Source: Candidatus Doudnabacteria bacterium (GTDB taxonomy: Bacteria > Patescibacteriota > Doudnabacteria > UBA920). From it: a stretch of DNA of 64,000 bases. A program made the position numbers and the translations under genes. Position 1 is the first letter of the stretch. Each line of letters begins with the position of its first letter. This document shows positions 28,859 through 38,429 of this stretch, piece by piece. The stretch lies in assembly GCA_038230955.1 (NCBI GenBank), contig JBBRMG010000001.1, forward strand, positions 18,312 through 82,311, given 5' to 3'. The notes under the pieces are model-generated. The model did no database searches. It saw only the letters and a program-made list of their open reading frames with translations, and was not told the DNA's origin.

Positions 28859-29236
28859 TTATAAAAGTTCAACGTGCTCGCCTGGCAATGGCGGATCCAT
28901 TTGATCTGGGACTTGATATCCCGCAAATAAGACAAAAATTGATGCGACACCCGTAAAGATTACGTTGCCAACATAAATATCGGACGCCCCATAAAACCAC
29001 GAGCCTACGCTAGCCAAAAATAACAAAACTAATATTATGCCAAAAGCAAAATCAAACCACCGACGCGTTCGAGGCCCTAACTCTCCGGCCATAAAAGCTA
29101 ATATCCCCATAGATAAAAGGAATCCATTGTAACCAGCGCTAGGGATGAACAGCCCAAACAAAGAGCCTTTGGCAAAACTAACCAAAGCGATAACTATGCA
29201 CAACCCACCAATAATTCTAACCATTAATTTACGCAT
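28859..29236 (-). CDS. four-TM membrane protein
   Basis: Four hydrophobic segments in 125 aa. Confidence 0.7.
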   Translation of the reverse strand: MRKLMVRIIGGLCIVIALVSFAKGSLFGLFIPSAGYNGFLLSMGILAFMAGELGPRTRRWFDFAFGIILVLLFLASVGSWFYGASDIYVGNVIFTGVASIFVLFAGYQVPDQMDPPLPGEHVELL

Positions 29237-29340
29237 ACTTTAAGTTTAAATCTGTACAATGAGGGATAAATGAAAAGATTTTAGGTAAATTTTATCTTTT
29301 CTTTAAGGAAATTTTATCTATCCTTCTGTATAATGTATAC

Positions 29341-29580
29341 ATGGCGGAGAGTTGTCTGGAGTGACAAGGACTGACAAAACCGTTATACTGTTTTTACCAT
29401 TCAGCCTAAACTCATGGTTTCAAACCCGTGGGCATGGCACAAAAACCTTTCAGAACATGCGGCTCTCCGTCCAGAGCTCTGAAAGGTCATGGCTCGAAAG
29501 GGTCATGGGTAGGTTTCCTACTTCTGGCGGGGGGCTTTATGTTTGCCCGCCCAAAGTACGAACCTCCATAGGGAGGTTTT
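29341..29580 (+). ncRNA. candidate structured leader/ncRNA
   Basis: TATAAT at 29329-29334, then six or more hairpins ending in the SD-sequestering AACCTCC-atag-GGAGGTT. Confidence 0.45.
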
Positions 29581-29769
29581 ATGTTTTCAGATTACGCAAA
29601 GGATCGAATTATTGAACTGGTCGCGGTCATAGAACTATCGCTTATCCTGGTAGGGGTTATGTTCTATTATCTTTTCCTTCTCCCTCAACAGCAGGAAAAA
29701 TGTCAGCGAGGCAATTCACGTGGGACCAGTGGAATCTCGCAGGAAGCAAAAATAAAAACCCAAAAATAA
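29581..29769 (+). CDS. small single-TM protein
   Basis: GGGAGG SD; hydrophobic segment LVAVIELSLILVGVMFYYLFLL; bidirectional terminator at 29777-29805. Confidence 0.55.
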   Translation: MFSDYAKDRIIELVAVIELSLILVGVMFYYLFLLPQQQEKCQRGNSRGTSGISQEAKIKTQK

Positions 29770-29810
29770 ATGTACAAAAAACTCTCGGGATTCCCGGGAG
29801 TTTTTCTATT

Positions 29811-30446
29811 TTAAAAGCTTCGCGATTCACCGTACGGCAACGCCGCAAACTCCACGTTGAACTTCTTACACCACATCTCGGACATATAGTAATATGGCCC
29901 GCCGTCAGTTAAAAATCCATCATGAATCGGCAGGCACACTTGTGGTTTAACAGCTGCAATATAATCCAATGTCTCAGATATCTTCTCCCATGGTGCTACT
30001 ACTGGTAACGCCAAAATTTCCACTTGCTTCGGTGGTATTGTTAGACTATCGCCCGGATGGAATAATCGGTCAGCAATGAAATAACAGGTGTTCTGAGCCA
30101 GTGGAATATCGGGGTGAATCATTGCATGGTCATTGCCAAACGCTTCTACTGTAATCCCTCTGACTTCAATTTGAGCCCCCTGTTCCAACAACTGAAAAGG
30201 GATTCCATTGTCTAACAAAAGCTGGCCTACTTCGGTGTTCGTATAGACTAATGCTTTCGAATTGTGTTTTAAAAGATTCTGCAAGTTTTCCGGAACAATG
30301 TGATCCGGATGACTATGAGTAATTAGGACTGCGTCAATGTCAGCCAAACCTTCCGGTAGTTTAGAGTAACTCCCTGGGTCAAACAAAATCCTCGCTTCTC
30401 CCTCCTCCACCAAAATACATGAATGTCCGTATTTAGTAATGTTCAT
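29811..30446 (-). CDS. MBL-fold metallo-hydrolase
   Basis: YGHSC, DPG, THSHPDH, HPGDS, PIHD. Confidence 0.92.
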   Translation of the reverse strand: MNITKYGHSCILVEEGEARILFDPGSYSKLPEGLADIDAVLITHSHPDHIVPENLQNLLKHNSKALVYTNTEVGQLLLDNGIPFQLLEQGAQIEVRGITVEAFGNDHAMIHPDIPLAQNTCYFIADRLFHPGDSLTIPPKQVEILALPVVAPWEKISETLDYIAAVKPQVCLPIHDGFLTDGGPYYYMSEMWCKKFNVEFAALPYGESRSF

Positions 30447-31326
30447 TCAACTCGTCTTGGTTAATTTTTTCATTTGCCTGAATCGCTTCCTGATTCAGTT
30501 TCCACGCATCTTCATGGTTGCCAGATTTTAATTGAACGCGCGCCTGATCTAATAACTTACGGGCTTGATCAATATCCCCACGTTTTTTTGACTTGTTATC
30601 TTTATCGTTTAAATGAAGCAATACTTGGGATGATAGAATCGCATTATCTGTAGCATTAATCTGGCTGTTTACAGTAGTCTCGTCATTTTGGTCAGAGTGG
30701 TGTTTATCTTTATCTTTGTCACTATCTTTACCATTAGTGGACAGGTTGAGTAAGTGTTTTTGTTGGGCGGATATAGTAGAGCGGAACTTTTCACGCAAAC
30801 TCGCGGCATCCTCTTTTCGATTATCCGCTTCCAGGCTATCTACTCTTGCTTGAATGTGAGTAGCATGTTTTTGAAAATTAGTTTGTACTTCCGCTTGGGC
30901 AATGGCATCTAGCTGATTGGCTCTAGCCAATTCCTGAGCCTCGTTTAAGCTCCGAGCTGCTAGCGTCATCTCAAATTCGGCTTTCTGGTTTTGATCATGA
31001 ATTAAAGCTAACTGCACAGGTTCATTGACGTTTACTTTCCAGCCGTACAATCGTTGACCCGGTAACGATTTTTCTGCCGCCAATGCAGTGCCCGCTCCCC
31101 CAACTATAACCAAAGCAATAGCAGCTAAGACGACCGGCATAGGGCGCAAAGCAAAAGTACTGAACGCATAACGCAAGCTACCCATGAAATTATCTTTGGC
31201 AGGTAGCGCTACGGTTGGGTGTTGCTCCATGTAGCTCACCAATTGGTCACGCACAAAAGCTTTTCGAGAATAACCGAATTGCACGGATGCTTTAGCTTTA
31301 TTAAGATGTTCTGGTAAATTGTTCAT
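30433..31326 (-). CDS. membrane-anchored putative anti-sigma factor (DUF5667-like)
   Basis: TM helix then AAEKSLPGQRLYGWK motif; directly downstream of an ECF sigma. Confidence 0.7.
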   Translation of the reverse strand: MNNLPEHLNKAKASVQFGYSRKAFVRDQLVSYMEQHPTVALPAKDNFMGSLRYAFSTFALRPMPVVLAAIALVIVGGAGTALAAEKSLPGQRLYGWKVNVNEPVQLALIHDQNQKAEFEMTLAARSLNEAQELARANQLDAIAQAEVQTNFQKHATHIQARVDSLEADNRKEDAASLREKFRSTISAQQKHLLNLSTNGKDSDKDKDKHHSDQNDETTVNSQINATDNAILSSQVLLHLNDKDNKSKKRGDIDQARKLLDQARVQLKSGNHEDAWKLNQEAIQANEKINQDELNEHY

Positions 31327-31331
31327 TGCAA

Positions 31332-31835
31332 TTAGTCTTTATTCAATTCTTTTAGCGCAACTACAGCGCGTGTCAATTTAACGGATACGTGGTTAGGAGT
31401 AATCTCTAAAATTATTGCGATCTCTCGCGGTTCCAAGTCATCTACAAAGCGGTAAATTAATAACTGCTTAATATCATCGTCTAGCTGGTCCATAGATTTC
31501 AGTATTTCCTCGGCCATAATCCGATTCTCTACTTCTGTGCCATCATCGCCCATTGGTTCAGCTTGGGGGTTGTTCTCTAAAATCTGCTCTAGGCTCTCTT
31601 CGGTTTTCTTGCGCGAGTTATCAATAACCAAATTGTTAGCCACTCGGTACAGGAATGCCCGAATGTTATCTATCTGTTTGCCCTGGCGTAAGTAGTCCCA
31701 AGTCTTAGTGTATGTCTCTTGGACTAGGTCCTCAGCCTTAGCAGCAGAATAAACGCGAAAAAAGCAGTGCCGATATATTGCCTCTGAATACTGGTCATAA
31801 GCGTCTAAAAATTGCTTTTCCGCTGATGCTTTCAT
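31332..31835 (-). CDS. ECF RNA polymerase sigma factor
   Basis: AEDLVQETY.KTW, RAFLYRVANNLVID, region 4 EIAIILEITPNHVSVKLTRA; ATG at 31835. Confidence 0.93.
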   Translation of the reverse strand: MKASAEKQFLDAYDQYSEAIYRHCFFRVYSAAKAEDLVQETYTKTWDYLRQGKQIDNIRAFLYRVANNLVIDNSRKKTEESLEQILENNPQAEPMGDDGTEVENRIMAEEILKSMDQLDDDIKQLLIYRFVDDLEPREIAIILEITPNHVSVKLTRAVVALKELNKD

Positions 31836-31840
31836 AATAT

Positions 31841-31868
31841 ATGACGGATAATAGAGGGGAGGATTACA
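31841..31868 (-). promoter_or_regulatory. ECF-type (autoregulatory) promoter
   Basis: TGTAAT-N16-CGTCAT ending 5 nt before the sigma ATG. Confidence 0.6.
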
Positions 31869-31873
31869 AAAGT

Positions 31874-33652
31874 CTAACGCAGTACTCCGCCCCACTCAAC
31901 TACCACAAAACCGCGTCTTTCAGGGGTATGAATGTTATATCCTTGCACTGCAATGGGATGTTGCAAGGGCTGGAAATCCATCAATACCCGAATAATAGTA
32001 TCAGGTCTTGGAGTTACGGCCATTGGTGCGATTTGATCCATCGTCCGATTACCCATAAACGTTACAAAGTAATACGGGGCGCCTTGCATTTTTGGGGTCC
32101 AAAATTCCTTAAAATCAGCTGTCTCTTTTTCATTCAACCCTAGCAATGCCAGTTTCTTATCGAAAAAACCAGCAATTTCTGACTTTGCCACGGCGAATCC
32201 CGTTTTAGGAGTTTCGTAAATACCGCCTCGGCCTTCCCAAAACAAATACGGGTATTGTCGGTTTGTCCCAACTTCGGTCAAATTACCACTAGGATCGGCA
32301 ATAACATTCCAGCCATTATTATATGTTGGTTCAGTGTAAGTAAATCCACCTTGCGGAGCCAACTGAACATTAACTTGTTCCTTTGTTTGTGGGTATAAGT
32401 AGATTACTGGTTTGCCGCACTCTGCTTGCGGAATAAACTGATTGCTTTGAAATTCAACTGTCCGACCAAATGGGTCAATCCAGAAAAAATAAGGACGAGC
32501 TTTCACAAAATCACTGTATGCTAATTTCTGTTGGCCATCCGGCACATAATAGTTGTTGTCATATAAATCTTTTAGTAACGGATTATTGGGATCTTTCAAG
32601 AGGTAGACGATATCACCTTGTGAAGTTTTACCGGAAGCTAATAAATCGGCCATGGATAATTTGGTTGCAGGAACCGTAGCGGTGAGATTAGAGGCACCAC
32701 AACCCCCTACTGTTTTGTAAGTGTACTCTTGCGTATTTTTGCCGCCGCTAGTCCAAGCAATTGCTGGCACATTATCGACTCCGACGAAATTAACACTAAT
32801 AGCATAGGTGAATATACTACCATCGACCCCTTTTATGTAGAATCCGTTGCGGACCATGTACGCGTCATCCAACTTGGTATTGGGCTCGGCCACATTGGTA
32901 TAGACTTGCCCGAGTTTGGGATCCATAAATGCTGGTATGACATTTGCATCCAAAATAAATGGGTCATACGACGGATAGGTCAATTGCAATAATAGTTTTT
33001 GATTGGGCTGGGGGCCACTGAACATCAAGGGAAATTCCAAGTCTGTCAATCGATAGTCCTTATCTATTGCAAACTTAGCGTTAGGCCAAATCGGTTGGTC
33101 AGGATTAGTGTAAGCCGGATCTGAATATTTTCCTAAGACGGTATAGACATTTCCCAACTTGGCTACTCGAGCCATGTTCGATGTATCACCAGGACAATCA
33201 CATCCTGGCATTATAACGAGAAAGTCGGCACCCTTGTATTTACCCCCGATGAAAGTACCTACTTTATAAGCAGTGCTGAATTTCTTATCAGCGGCAGTAG
33301 CATCTGGAGCATCAAAAATTTTCACTGCCCCAATCTTCGCTGGAGTTTGAGCTTTTACGTCTCCCGAAATCTTATAATCAGCGATAGTTGGCACTGTGGG
33401 CAAAGAAGGAGTTACAGGTTGAGGGGTATTTTCTGCTGGCGGTGCAGTCTGGTCAATTGATACTGGCTTAGTATTGGCATTCAAAGGAATAGTGGGATTG
33501 AGTGTCCCATTCTGTTTCTGAGCCCAGTAATATCCTCCGGCGGCGGCTGCAATAACGATGATTAGGGCAATAATGCCACCGGCAATCCATCGAGCCCGAT
33601 TAGACTGAGGCTCGGGCATTAAACGCTGCGGATTATTTTCATCATTTTCCAT
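31874..33652 (-). CDS. membrane-anchored extracellular protein with C-terminal KPVIYLYP domain
   Basis: N-terminal TM, Pro-rich linker, CGKPVIYLYP...YLFWEG...VVEWGG. Confidence 0.8.
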   Translation of the reverse strand: MENDENNPQRLMPEPQSNRARWIAGGIIALIIVIAAAAGGYYWAQKQNGTLNPTIPLNANTKPVSIDQTAPPAENTPQPVTPSLPTVPTIADYKISGDVKAQTPAKIGAVKIFDAPDATAADKKFSTAYKVGTFIGGKYKGADFLVIMPGCDCPGDTSNMARVAKLGNVYTVLGKYSDPAYTNPDQPIWPNAKFAIDKDYRLTDLEFPLMFSGPQPNQKLLLQLTYPSYDPFILDANVIPAFMDPKLGQVYTNVAEPNTKLDDAYMVRNGFYIKGVDGSIFTYAISVNFVGVDNVPAIAWTSGGKNTQEYTYKTVGGCGASNLTATVPATKLSMADLLASGKTSQGDIVYLLKDPNNPLLKDLYDNNYYVPDGQQKLAYSDFVKARPYFFWIDPFGRTVEFQSNQFIPQAECGKPVIYLYPQTKEQVNVQLAPQGGFTYTEPTYNNGWNVIADPSGNLTEVGTNRQYPYLFWEGRGGIYETPKTGFAVAKSEIAGFFDKKLALLGLNEKETADFKEFWTPKMQGAPYYFVTFMGNRTMDQIAPMAVTPRPDTIIRVLMDFQPLQHPIAVQGYNIHTPERRGFVVVEWGGVLR

Positions 33653-33663
33653 GGAAATAAGGG

Positions 33664-35298
33664 TTAATTACTTGTTTCAATATGTAGCTCTTGAAAGTTT
33701 AGCTTCGCTTTTACTATATCACTGTCTGCTAATTTTAGAAATGATACAGATTGAGCATGGTATCGCATAGGAAATAAGTCATACGTAATCATTGCAGGAG
33801 TAACACTAATTCCCAAAGCCACTGAAATTTGCTCTTGCCCTAGTTGAGCGGGAATCATTTGCCCCAACCCATAGGCAATTAGTCGGTTATTGTATTTTTC
33901 TAGAGGCTGAATCTCTTGAGAACGTCCAACAACTGCTATCGCTCCAGCATCGATGAGAGCGTGGGCAATTCGTTTTTTTTCATTCGCTGCTACAGTTTGC
34001 CAATCCATGGAAATAATTAACGAGCCTGGCCTCAATGCTTTTATTTGCTCTATCATACCCGGTAATGAATCGTGGATGGCTTGCATTTTAACAATATTAA
34101 AATCTTGATTATGCTCACCTGGGACGACAGTAATAGTGGTGGAGTTAGTTCTCTCTATATCAGTCACACCGTTACGCAGAAGATCATCAATTACTTCCTG
34201 GTCCACCACAGTTCCTAATACTCTTGTCAAAGTTTGAGTACTGCCTCGAAACATTCGCAAACTGGAACCAAAAATATAATTTTGCTTAGAGTGATCTAAT
34301 AAGAGAAGGAGCTTCTTGGAACTGCGAATGTCGCCCGGGATAAATAAACTGCGGCGATTATCCATTACTCTATCCCCGGGCCCGTAATATCCTGTGATAT
34401 AACTAGTACCTCTGGTTTGTTGGAGATCGCCGGAAACAATTGAGGAGTTAGAATGATTAGAAATAGTAAATTTTTCTGTATGTCGTGACTTTACATAATT
34501 TAGTAACAAACGAATTGCAGGCTGCGAATCGACTTCTAACCGTGGGATCGCAGTATCATCTAAACTATTGAGCACTTGCTTGCTCAATAAGTCATGAAAA
34601 TCTGCCACCGCCCCGGGCAGATAATGGGAAAAGTCGACTGAAGACACCATAATGACTCTGCCAGAAGTGAAAACACCGATAGCATTATTTAAATCATCAA
34701 TCTCTGCTTTAGTTGTCTTATCTTTTAAGATTATCGGGATCACAGATGCATTAGGCATGACCTTCTTTATGAAAGCCACTATACCAGAAATGCCGTGTTC
34801 AGTTTCAAAAGGTTTTTCCTCTACACTAACATGTTCAGCCTGCAAGTGTTTGATTACGGATTGGTTCGCTGGCAGTACCCCATATGGTGTTTGCCAATCA
34901 TATAAAGACGAAATAAGATTTGCCGAGCCAGCGTTGAAATGATTGGGACTAACCAAAATAACAGTAGTCGGCTGTTCTGATGCCACCACACCTAAGGTTT
35001 CCGCTATAAAAGCTGGGGCCAATAAATGATGGTTGACTACCACCGCAGACACATCTCCTGTTGGCGCGATAGGAGTAGCAGAGGCATCGACAAATGCTTT
35101 ATCAAAAAATTGGCTTTGTGAAAAAATAGAATAATGCAGTCCATGGCGCGGTCCGGTCCCAGGAATATTATTTGTCAGCAAAGGCGCGTGCACCTGTGTG
35201 GCATGCGGCTTATGTCCGGTGCCAAAAAAATAGCCGCTCGCAACGGCGAGTGATGACAGCAGTCCAACGATTATAATAAATTTTTTATTACGCTTCAT
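33664..35298 (-). CDS. exported MEMO1-family (AmmeMemoRadiSam protein B-like) protein fused to a degenerate CapA-like domain
   Basis: VVNHH, SPNHF, EHGI, SVDFSHY, EVDS; C-terminal AHALIDAGA..VVG...YNNRLIAYGLG. Confidence 0.75.
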   Translation of the reverse strand: MKRNKKFIIIVGLLSSLAVASGYFFGTGHKPHATQVHAPLLTNNIPGTGPRHGLHYSIFSQSQFFDKAFVDASATPIAPTGDVSAVVVNHHLLAPAFIAETLGVVASEQPTTVILVSPNHFNAGSANLISSLYDWQTPYGVLPANQSVIKHLQAEHVSVEEKPFETEHGISGIVAFIKKVMPNASVIPIILKDKTTKAEIDDLNNAIGVFTSGRVIMVSSVDFSHYLPGAVADFHDLLSKQVLNSLDDTAIPRLEVDSQPAIRLLLNYVKSRHTEKFTISNHSNSSIVSGDLQQTRGTSYITGYYGPGDRVMDNRRSLFIPGDIRSSKKLLLLLDHSKQNYIFGSSLRMFRGSTQTLTRVLGTVVDQEVIDDLLRNGVTDIERTNSTTITVVPGEHNQDFNIVKMQAIHDSLPGMIEQIKALRPGSLIISMDWQTVAANEKKRIAHALIDAGAIAVVGRSQEIQPLEKYNNRLIAYGLGQMIPAQLGQEQISVALGISVTPAMITYDLFPMRYHAQSVSFLKLADSDIVKAKLNFQELHIETSN

Positions 35299-35300
35299 AC

Positions 35301-36518
35301 CTACTTAGCCATTGCTTCGCTTTGACGACTTGGAAATGTTTTTACCCGAAAGAATAATAGAACTACAACTCCCAGCAAGAAAGCAAAGCCATACGGATAG
35401 ATGACATTATATTTTAAAATTATCGCAGCGGTAAAAATGAGTGGGATATCCAGTATGCTTTTTAGTAAGTTCGTCAACGACAGCGTAGTCGCCCTATTGT
35501 AAGACAAGCTTCTCTTATTAAATAATTCTGAATATAGTGGCCAGCGCGTCATTTCAGCCAAGACCAGTAAGCCATAAATTAACAACAGTACGTAAGGGCT
35601 TGGCAACCAAAACCAAGCAACTATAAACAGGCCAACAAAGCCCGTATATAATCCATTCAGCACGTTAATTCGAACCGATACTGATTTTTCAGGAAGGAAC
35701 CACTGGATATTGCGAATAAGCAGAAAGCTAGCCGTATTATACACTGCCCAAAACAACCCTAACTTCACAATAGAAATACCCATGTTAATGAATGATACCT
35801 GGTGATATCGCCACAGGATTAAGGCCGAAGTAAATATCACTGTCCGACTCAAAATTGCATAAATAATTCGTCGCTCTGACCGAATAAGATGCCATGCATC
35901 ATGTAATGCTCCCCGCTCTTGTTGTTCCACATCCATGTAGTGATGCGGTTCAATAATACGTAGGCAGATTATTATGGCAGCTATTACTGCCACCGAATCC
36001 AAGCTCAGCAACAACACGAACTGTGACTCAGACAAACTGTGGGCAATCAGGGCACCAATCAAAGGGGTGGCAATTTTAAACAGACGATCTGCCGCATAGT
36101 AACGTGATAACTCTCGTAAAGTCGTTTTTTCTTCGCCTAATTCCTTGGCTGTATCATAAACTAACGCATCATCCGTACCAGTGAAGCAGGCATAGGACGC
36201 AGCAATGCAGATAAACCCGACGATTATGGGCCAAAACCCATGTCCGATAATCCAAACGACCAATCCGGCCAGATAAATCAGCAACCCCAACACGAGAGTC
36301 GGCTTGCGCCCCCAGCGGTCTGCAAGATAACTTGACGGTACTTCCAAAACCAAGTTGACCACAGCAAATACAATACCGGTATATAAAACTTGGGACAAAG
36401 TTAACCCGCGTCGCAAATAAAACAAAGTACTTACGACGTTAATCAGCTTAACATTAAGCAACGCCTGCACCCAAAACATGTGGCTAAAATTTTTACGCAA
36501 CCCGGCAATACGATCCAT
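35301..36518 (-). CDS. MFS transporter
   Basis: EVPSSYLADRWGRK motif A; about 12 TM segments. Confidence 0.9.
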   Translation of the reverse strand: MDRIAGLRKNFSHMFWVQALLNVKLINVVSTLFYLRRGLTLSQVLYTGIVFAVVNLVLEVPSSYLADRWGRKPTLVLGLLIYLAGLVVWIIGHGFWPIIVGFICIAASYACFTGTDDALVYDTAKELGEEKTTLRELSRYYAADRLFKIATPLIGALIAHSLSESQFVLLLSLDSVAVIAAIIICLRIIEPHHYMDVEQQERGALHDAWHLIRSERRIIYAILSRTVIFTSALILWRYHQVSFINMGISIVKLGLFWAVYNTASFLLIRNIQWFLPEKSVSVRINVLNGLYTGFVGLFIVAWFWLPSPYVLLLIYGLLVLAEMTRWPLYSELFNKRSLSYNRATTLSLTNLLKSILDIPLIFTAAIILKYNVIYPYGFAFLLGVVVLLFFRVKTFPSRQSEAMAK

Positions 36519-36564
36519 ATGATTAAAACCCCTGCGGGGTTCGGTAATAATAAATAAATTTTTG

Positions 36565-36638
36565 TGGTCGGGCTGCCGGGAATCGAACCCGGACTACATC
36601 CACCCCATGGACGCGTACTACCACTATACTACAGCCCG
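36565..36638 (-). tRNA. tRNA-Pro(GGG)
   Basis: CGGGCTG acceptor, loop ATGGGGT, GTTCGATTC, CCA. Confidence 0.93.
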
Positions 36639-36650
36639 GCATCGCATTAC

Positions 36651-37748
36651 CTAGACGACGAAGAAGTCAGATTTACCCGAACCGGCTTCTTCAGCCATTT
36701 TGTGCACTAGTTCGTCCAGCTCTTCATCACTGAAAAAATCTATTGTAATGCGCCCGCCTCGGCCTTGGCGCTGAATTTTCACTTGTGTCCCCAATTTACT
36801 GCGCAATTCGGTTTCCAAAGCCATCAGTTTTGGGTCGGGAGCGGCGGCATCCATTGTGCGCTTAGCTGACAATTCGCGAACCCTTGCTTCCACCTGACGG
36901 ACATTTAAGCCTTGGTCTTGTACCAATTGATACATTGCTAACTGTTTTTCTATATCGGCCAGTCCCAGAATTGCTCTCGCATGCCCTTCGCTAATCTTTC
37001 CTTCAATAACACCTCGTTGAATTTCAGCAGGCAAATTTAATAACCGCAAAGTGTTGGTCACAGTCGGTCGACTCTTGCCCACTTTCTGAGCCACTTGTTC
37101 CTGAGTCAAATGAAATGCTTTGATTAACCTGTCATAGGCTTGAGCTTCCTCAATAGCATTTAACTCTTGGCGCTGAATATTTTCAATTAAGGCGACCTCT
37201 AATTTAGTTTGGTCTTCCATCGTCTTTTTGACAATGGCTGGCACGGTTAGCATTCCTGCTAACTGCGATGCCCGAAAACGACGTTCTCCCACCACCAACT
37301 CATAGCCGTTTGCGGTTTCAGTAACGACTAGCGGCTGGATAACTCCGTGCTCCCGAATAGAATTAGCTAACTCTTGTAATGCTTCTTGATTAAAAATTTT
37401 GCGGGGCTGGTACGGATTGGGCACAACACGGCCGAGTTCTATTTCTTGGATTTGGGCATCAGTATAAGACAGTCGTGATGATTCTGCTGGCGGAGTCTGT
37501 AATGTTTGTGCCGACGGTTGCGGGGGCAGTTGCGCTGCTGGTTGTGCCGACGGTTGCGGGGGCAGTTGCGCAGGTACGGGAGCAGATGCCTGCGGTGCAT
37601 CAGCCACAATCAAAGAAGCCTCAGGCTGATATTGTTCTACCGACTGCTCAGGCATCTTTTCAGGCTGTATAGGCACAGGAGACGGAGTCGAATTTGAACC
37701 CGGTGCGGGTTCGTGACTAATATTTATTTGTGGAGCTAACTGGTCCAA
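36651..37748 (-). CDS. parB: ParB/Spo0J partition protein with long Pro/Gln-rich N-terminus
   Basis: PNPYQPR, GVIQPLVV, GERRFRA, ENIQRQELNAIEEA, HTH. Confidence 0.93.
   Translation of the reverse strand: MDQLAPQINISHEPAPGSNSTPSPVPIQPEKMPEQSVEQYQPEASLIVADAPQASAPVPAQLPPQPSAQPAAQLPPQPSAQTLQTPPAESSRLSYTDAQIQEIELGRVVPNPYQPRKIFNQEALQELANSIREHGVIQPLVVTETANGYELVVGERRFRASQLAGMLTVPAIVKKTMEDQTKLEVALIENIQRQELNAIEEAQAYDRLIKAFHLTQEQVAQKVGKSRPTVTNTLRLLNLPAEIQRGVIEGKISEGHARAILGLADIEKQLAMYQLVQDQGLNVRQVEARVRELSAKRTMDAAAPDPKLMALETELRSKLGTQVKIQRQGRGGRITIDFFSDEELDELVHKMAEEAGSGKSDFFVV
37506..37571. repeat. perfect 30-bp direct repeat with 36-bp period inside parB
   Basis: TTGTGCCGACGGTTGCGGGGGCAGTTGCGC at 37506-37535 and 37542-37571 (AQLPPQPSAQ twice). 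Confidence 0.9.
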
Positions 37749-37769
37749 GAAAATTTTTTAAATTTGAAA

Positions 37770-37855
37770 TGGTGCCGGTGGTGGGAGTCGAACCCACATG
37801 CCCTTACGGACAATGGTTTTTGAAACCATCACGTATGCCATTCCGTCACACCGGC
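37770..37855 (-). tRNA. tRNA-Leu(CAA)
   Basis: ATGGT-TTCAAAA-ACCAT anticodon arm, long variable arm, CCA. Confidence 0.95.
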
Positions 37856-37891
37856 ATGAATCTGTCAACAAACTGTACCTATTTTATCAGT

Positions 37892-38422
37892 TTATCGACC
37901 CACCGTAAAGAGAAGTGAATACCCAAAATAGTAGATAAATATCGCTCCAATAATACCAATGGCTACCCCAGCGGCCACATCAGTGGCATAGTGATACCCT
38001 ACCACCACTCGAGCCCAACCAGCCATTACACTGACTCCTAAAATAACAGCTCCCGATATTGGATGAAAGAACATAAGCATTACACCAATGCTCGTTAGGC
38101 TCGCCACGTGCTTTGACGGAAATGAGTTGAGCTTCTCAGTGCGCCGGCTAAACCATCTGCTAGTTCTGGGTTCAAAATTATACCGCTGATAAGGTCGTTG
38201 ACGATGATATAGTTGAGCAACAATATTACAGAGTATGCCGCGGCTAAATCCAAATGCGGCCACACATAACAACAACTCGGCCCGTCCGTTGCGGGTGTAA
38301 AGTAGTAATGCCATTGGCATTAAAAGAAAAATAGAATAAATCGACCAAAACAGCCAAAACTGTCGAAACAGGCCAGACTGGGCTAGCTTCTGTTGTTGAT
38401 GACGATAGTACTGTTCTTTCAT
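37892..38422 (-). CDS. PAP2-family phosphatase
   Basis: RQRP, SFPSKH, ARVVVGYHYATDV. Confidence 0.9.
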   Translation of the reverse strand: MKEQYYRHQQQKLAQSGLFRQFWLFWSIYSIFLLMPMALLLYTRNGRAELLLCVAAFGFSRGILCNIVAQLYHRQRPYQRYNFEPRTSRWFSRRTEKLNSFPSKHVASLTSIGVMLMFFHPISGAVILGVSVMAGWARVVVGYHYATDVAAGVAIGIIGAIFIYYFGYSLLFTVGR

Positions 38423-38429
38423 GCTTTAT

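Noticed and set aside
29343-29455. Glycine riboswitch (GGAGAG, CCTAAACTC and ACCTTTCAG fragments)
   Set aside because: The conserved CCGAAG and CAGG core elements are missing; kept only as an unclassified structured leader.
37506-37571. 30-bp direct repeat as a mini CRISPR array
   Set aside because: Only two units with a 6-bp spacer, in frame within parB, and no cas genes.
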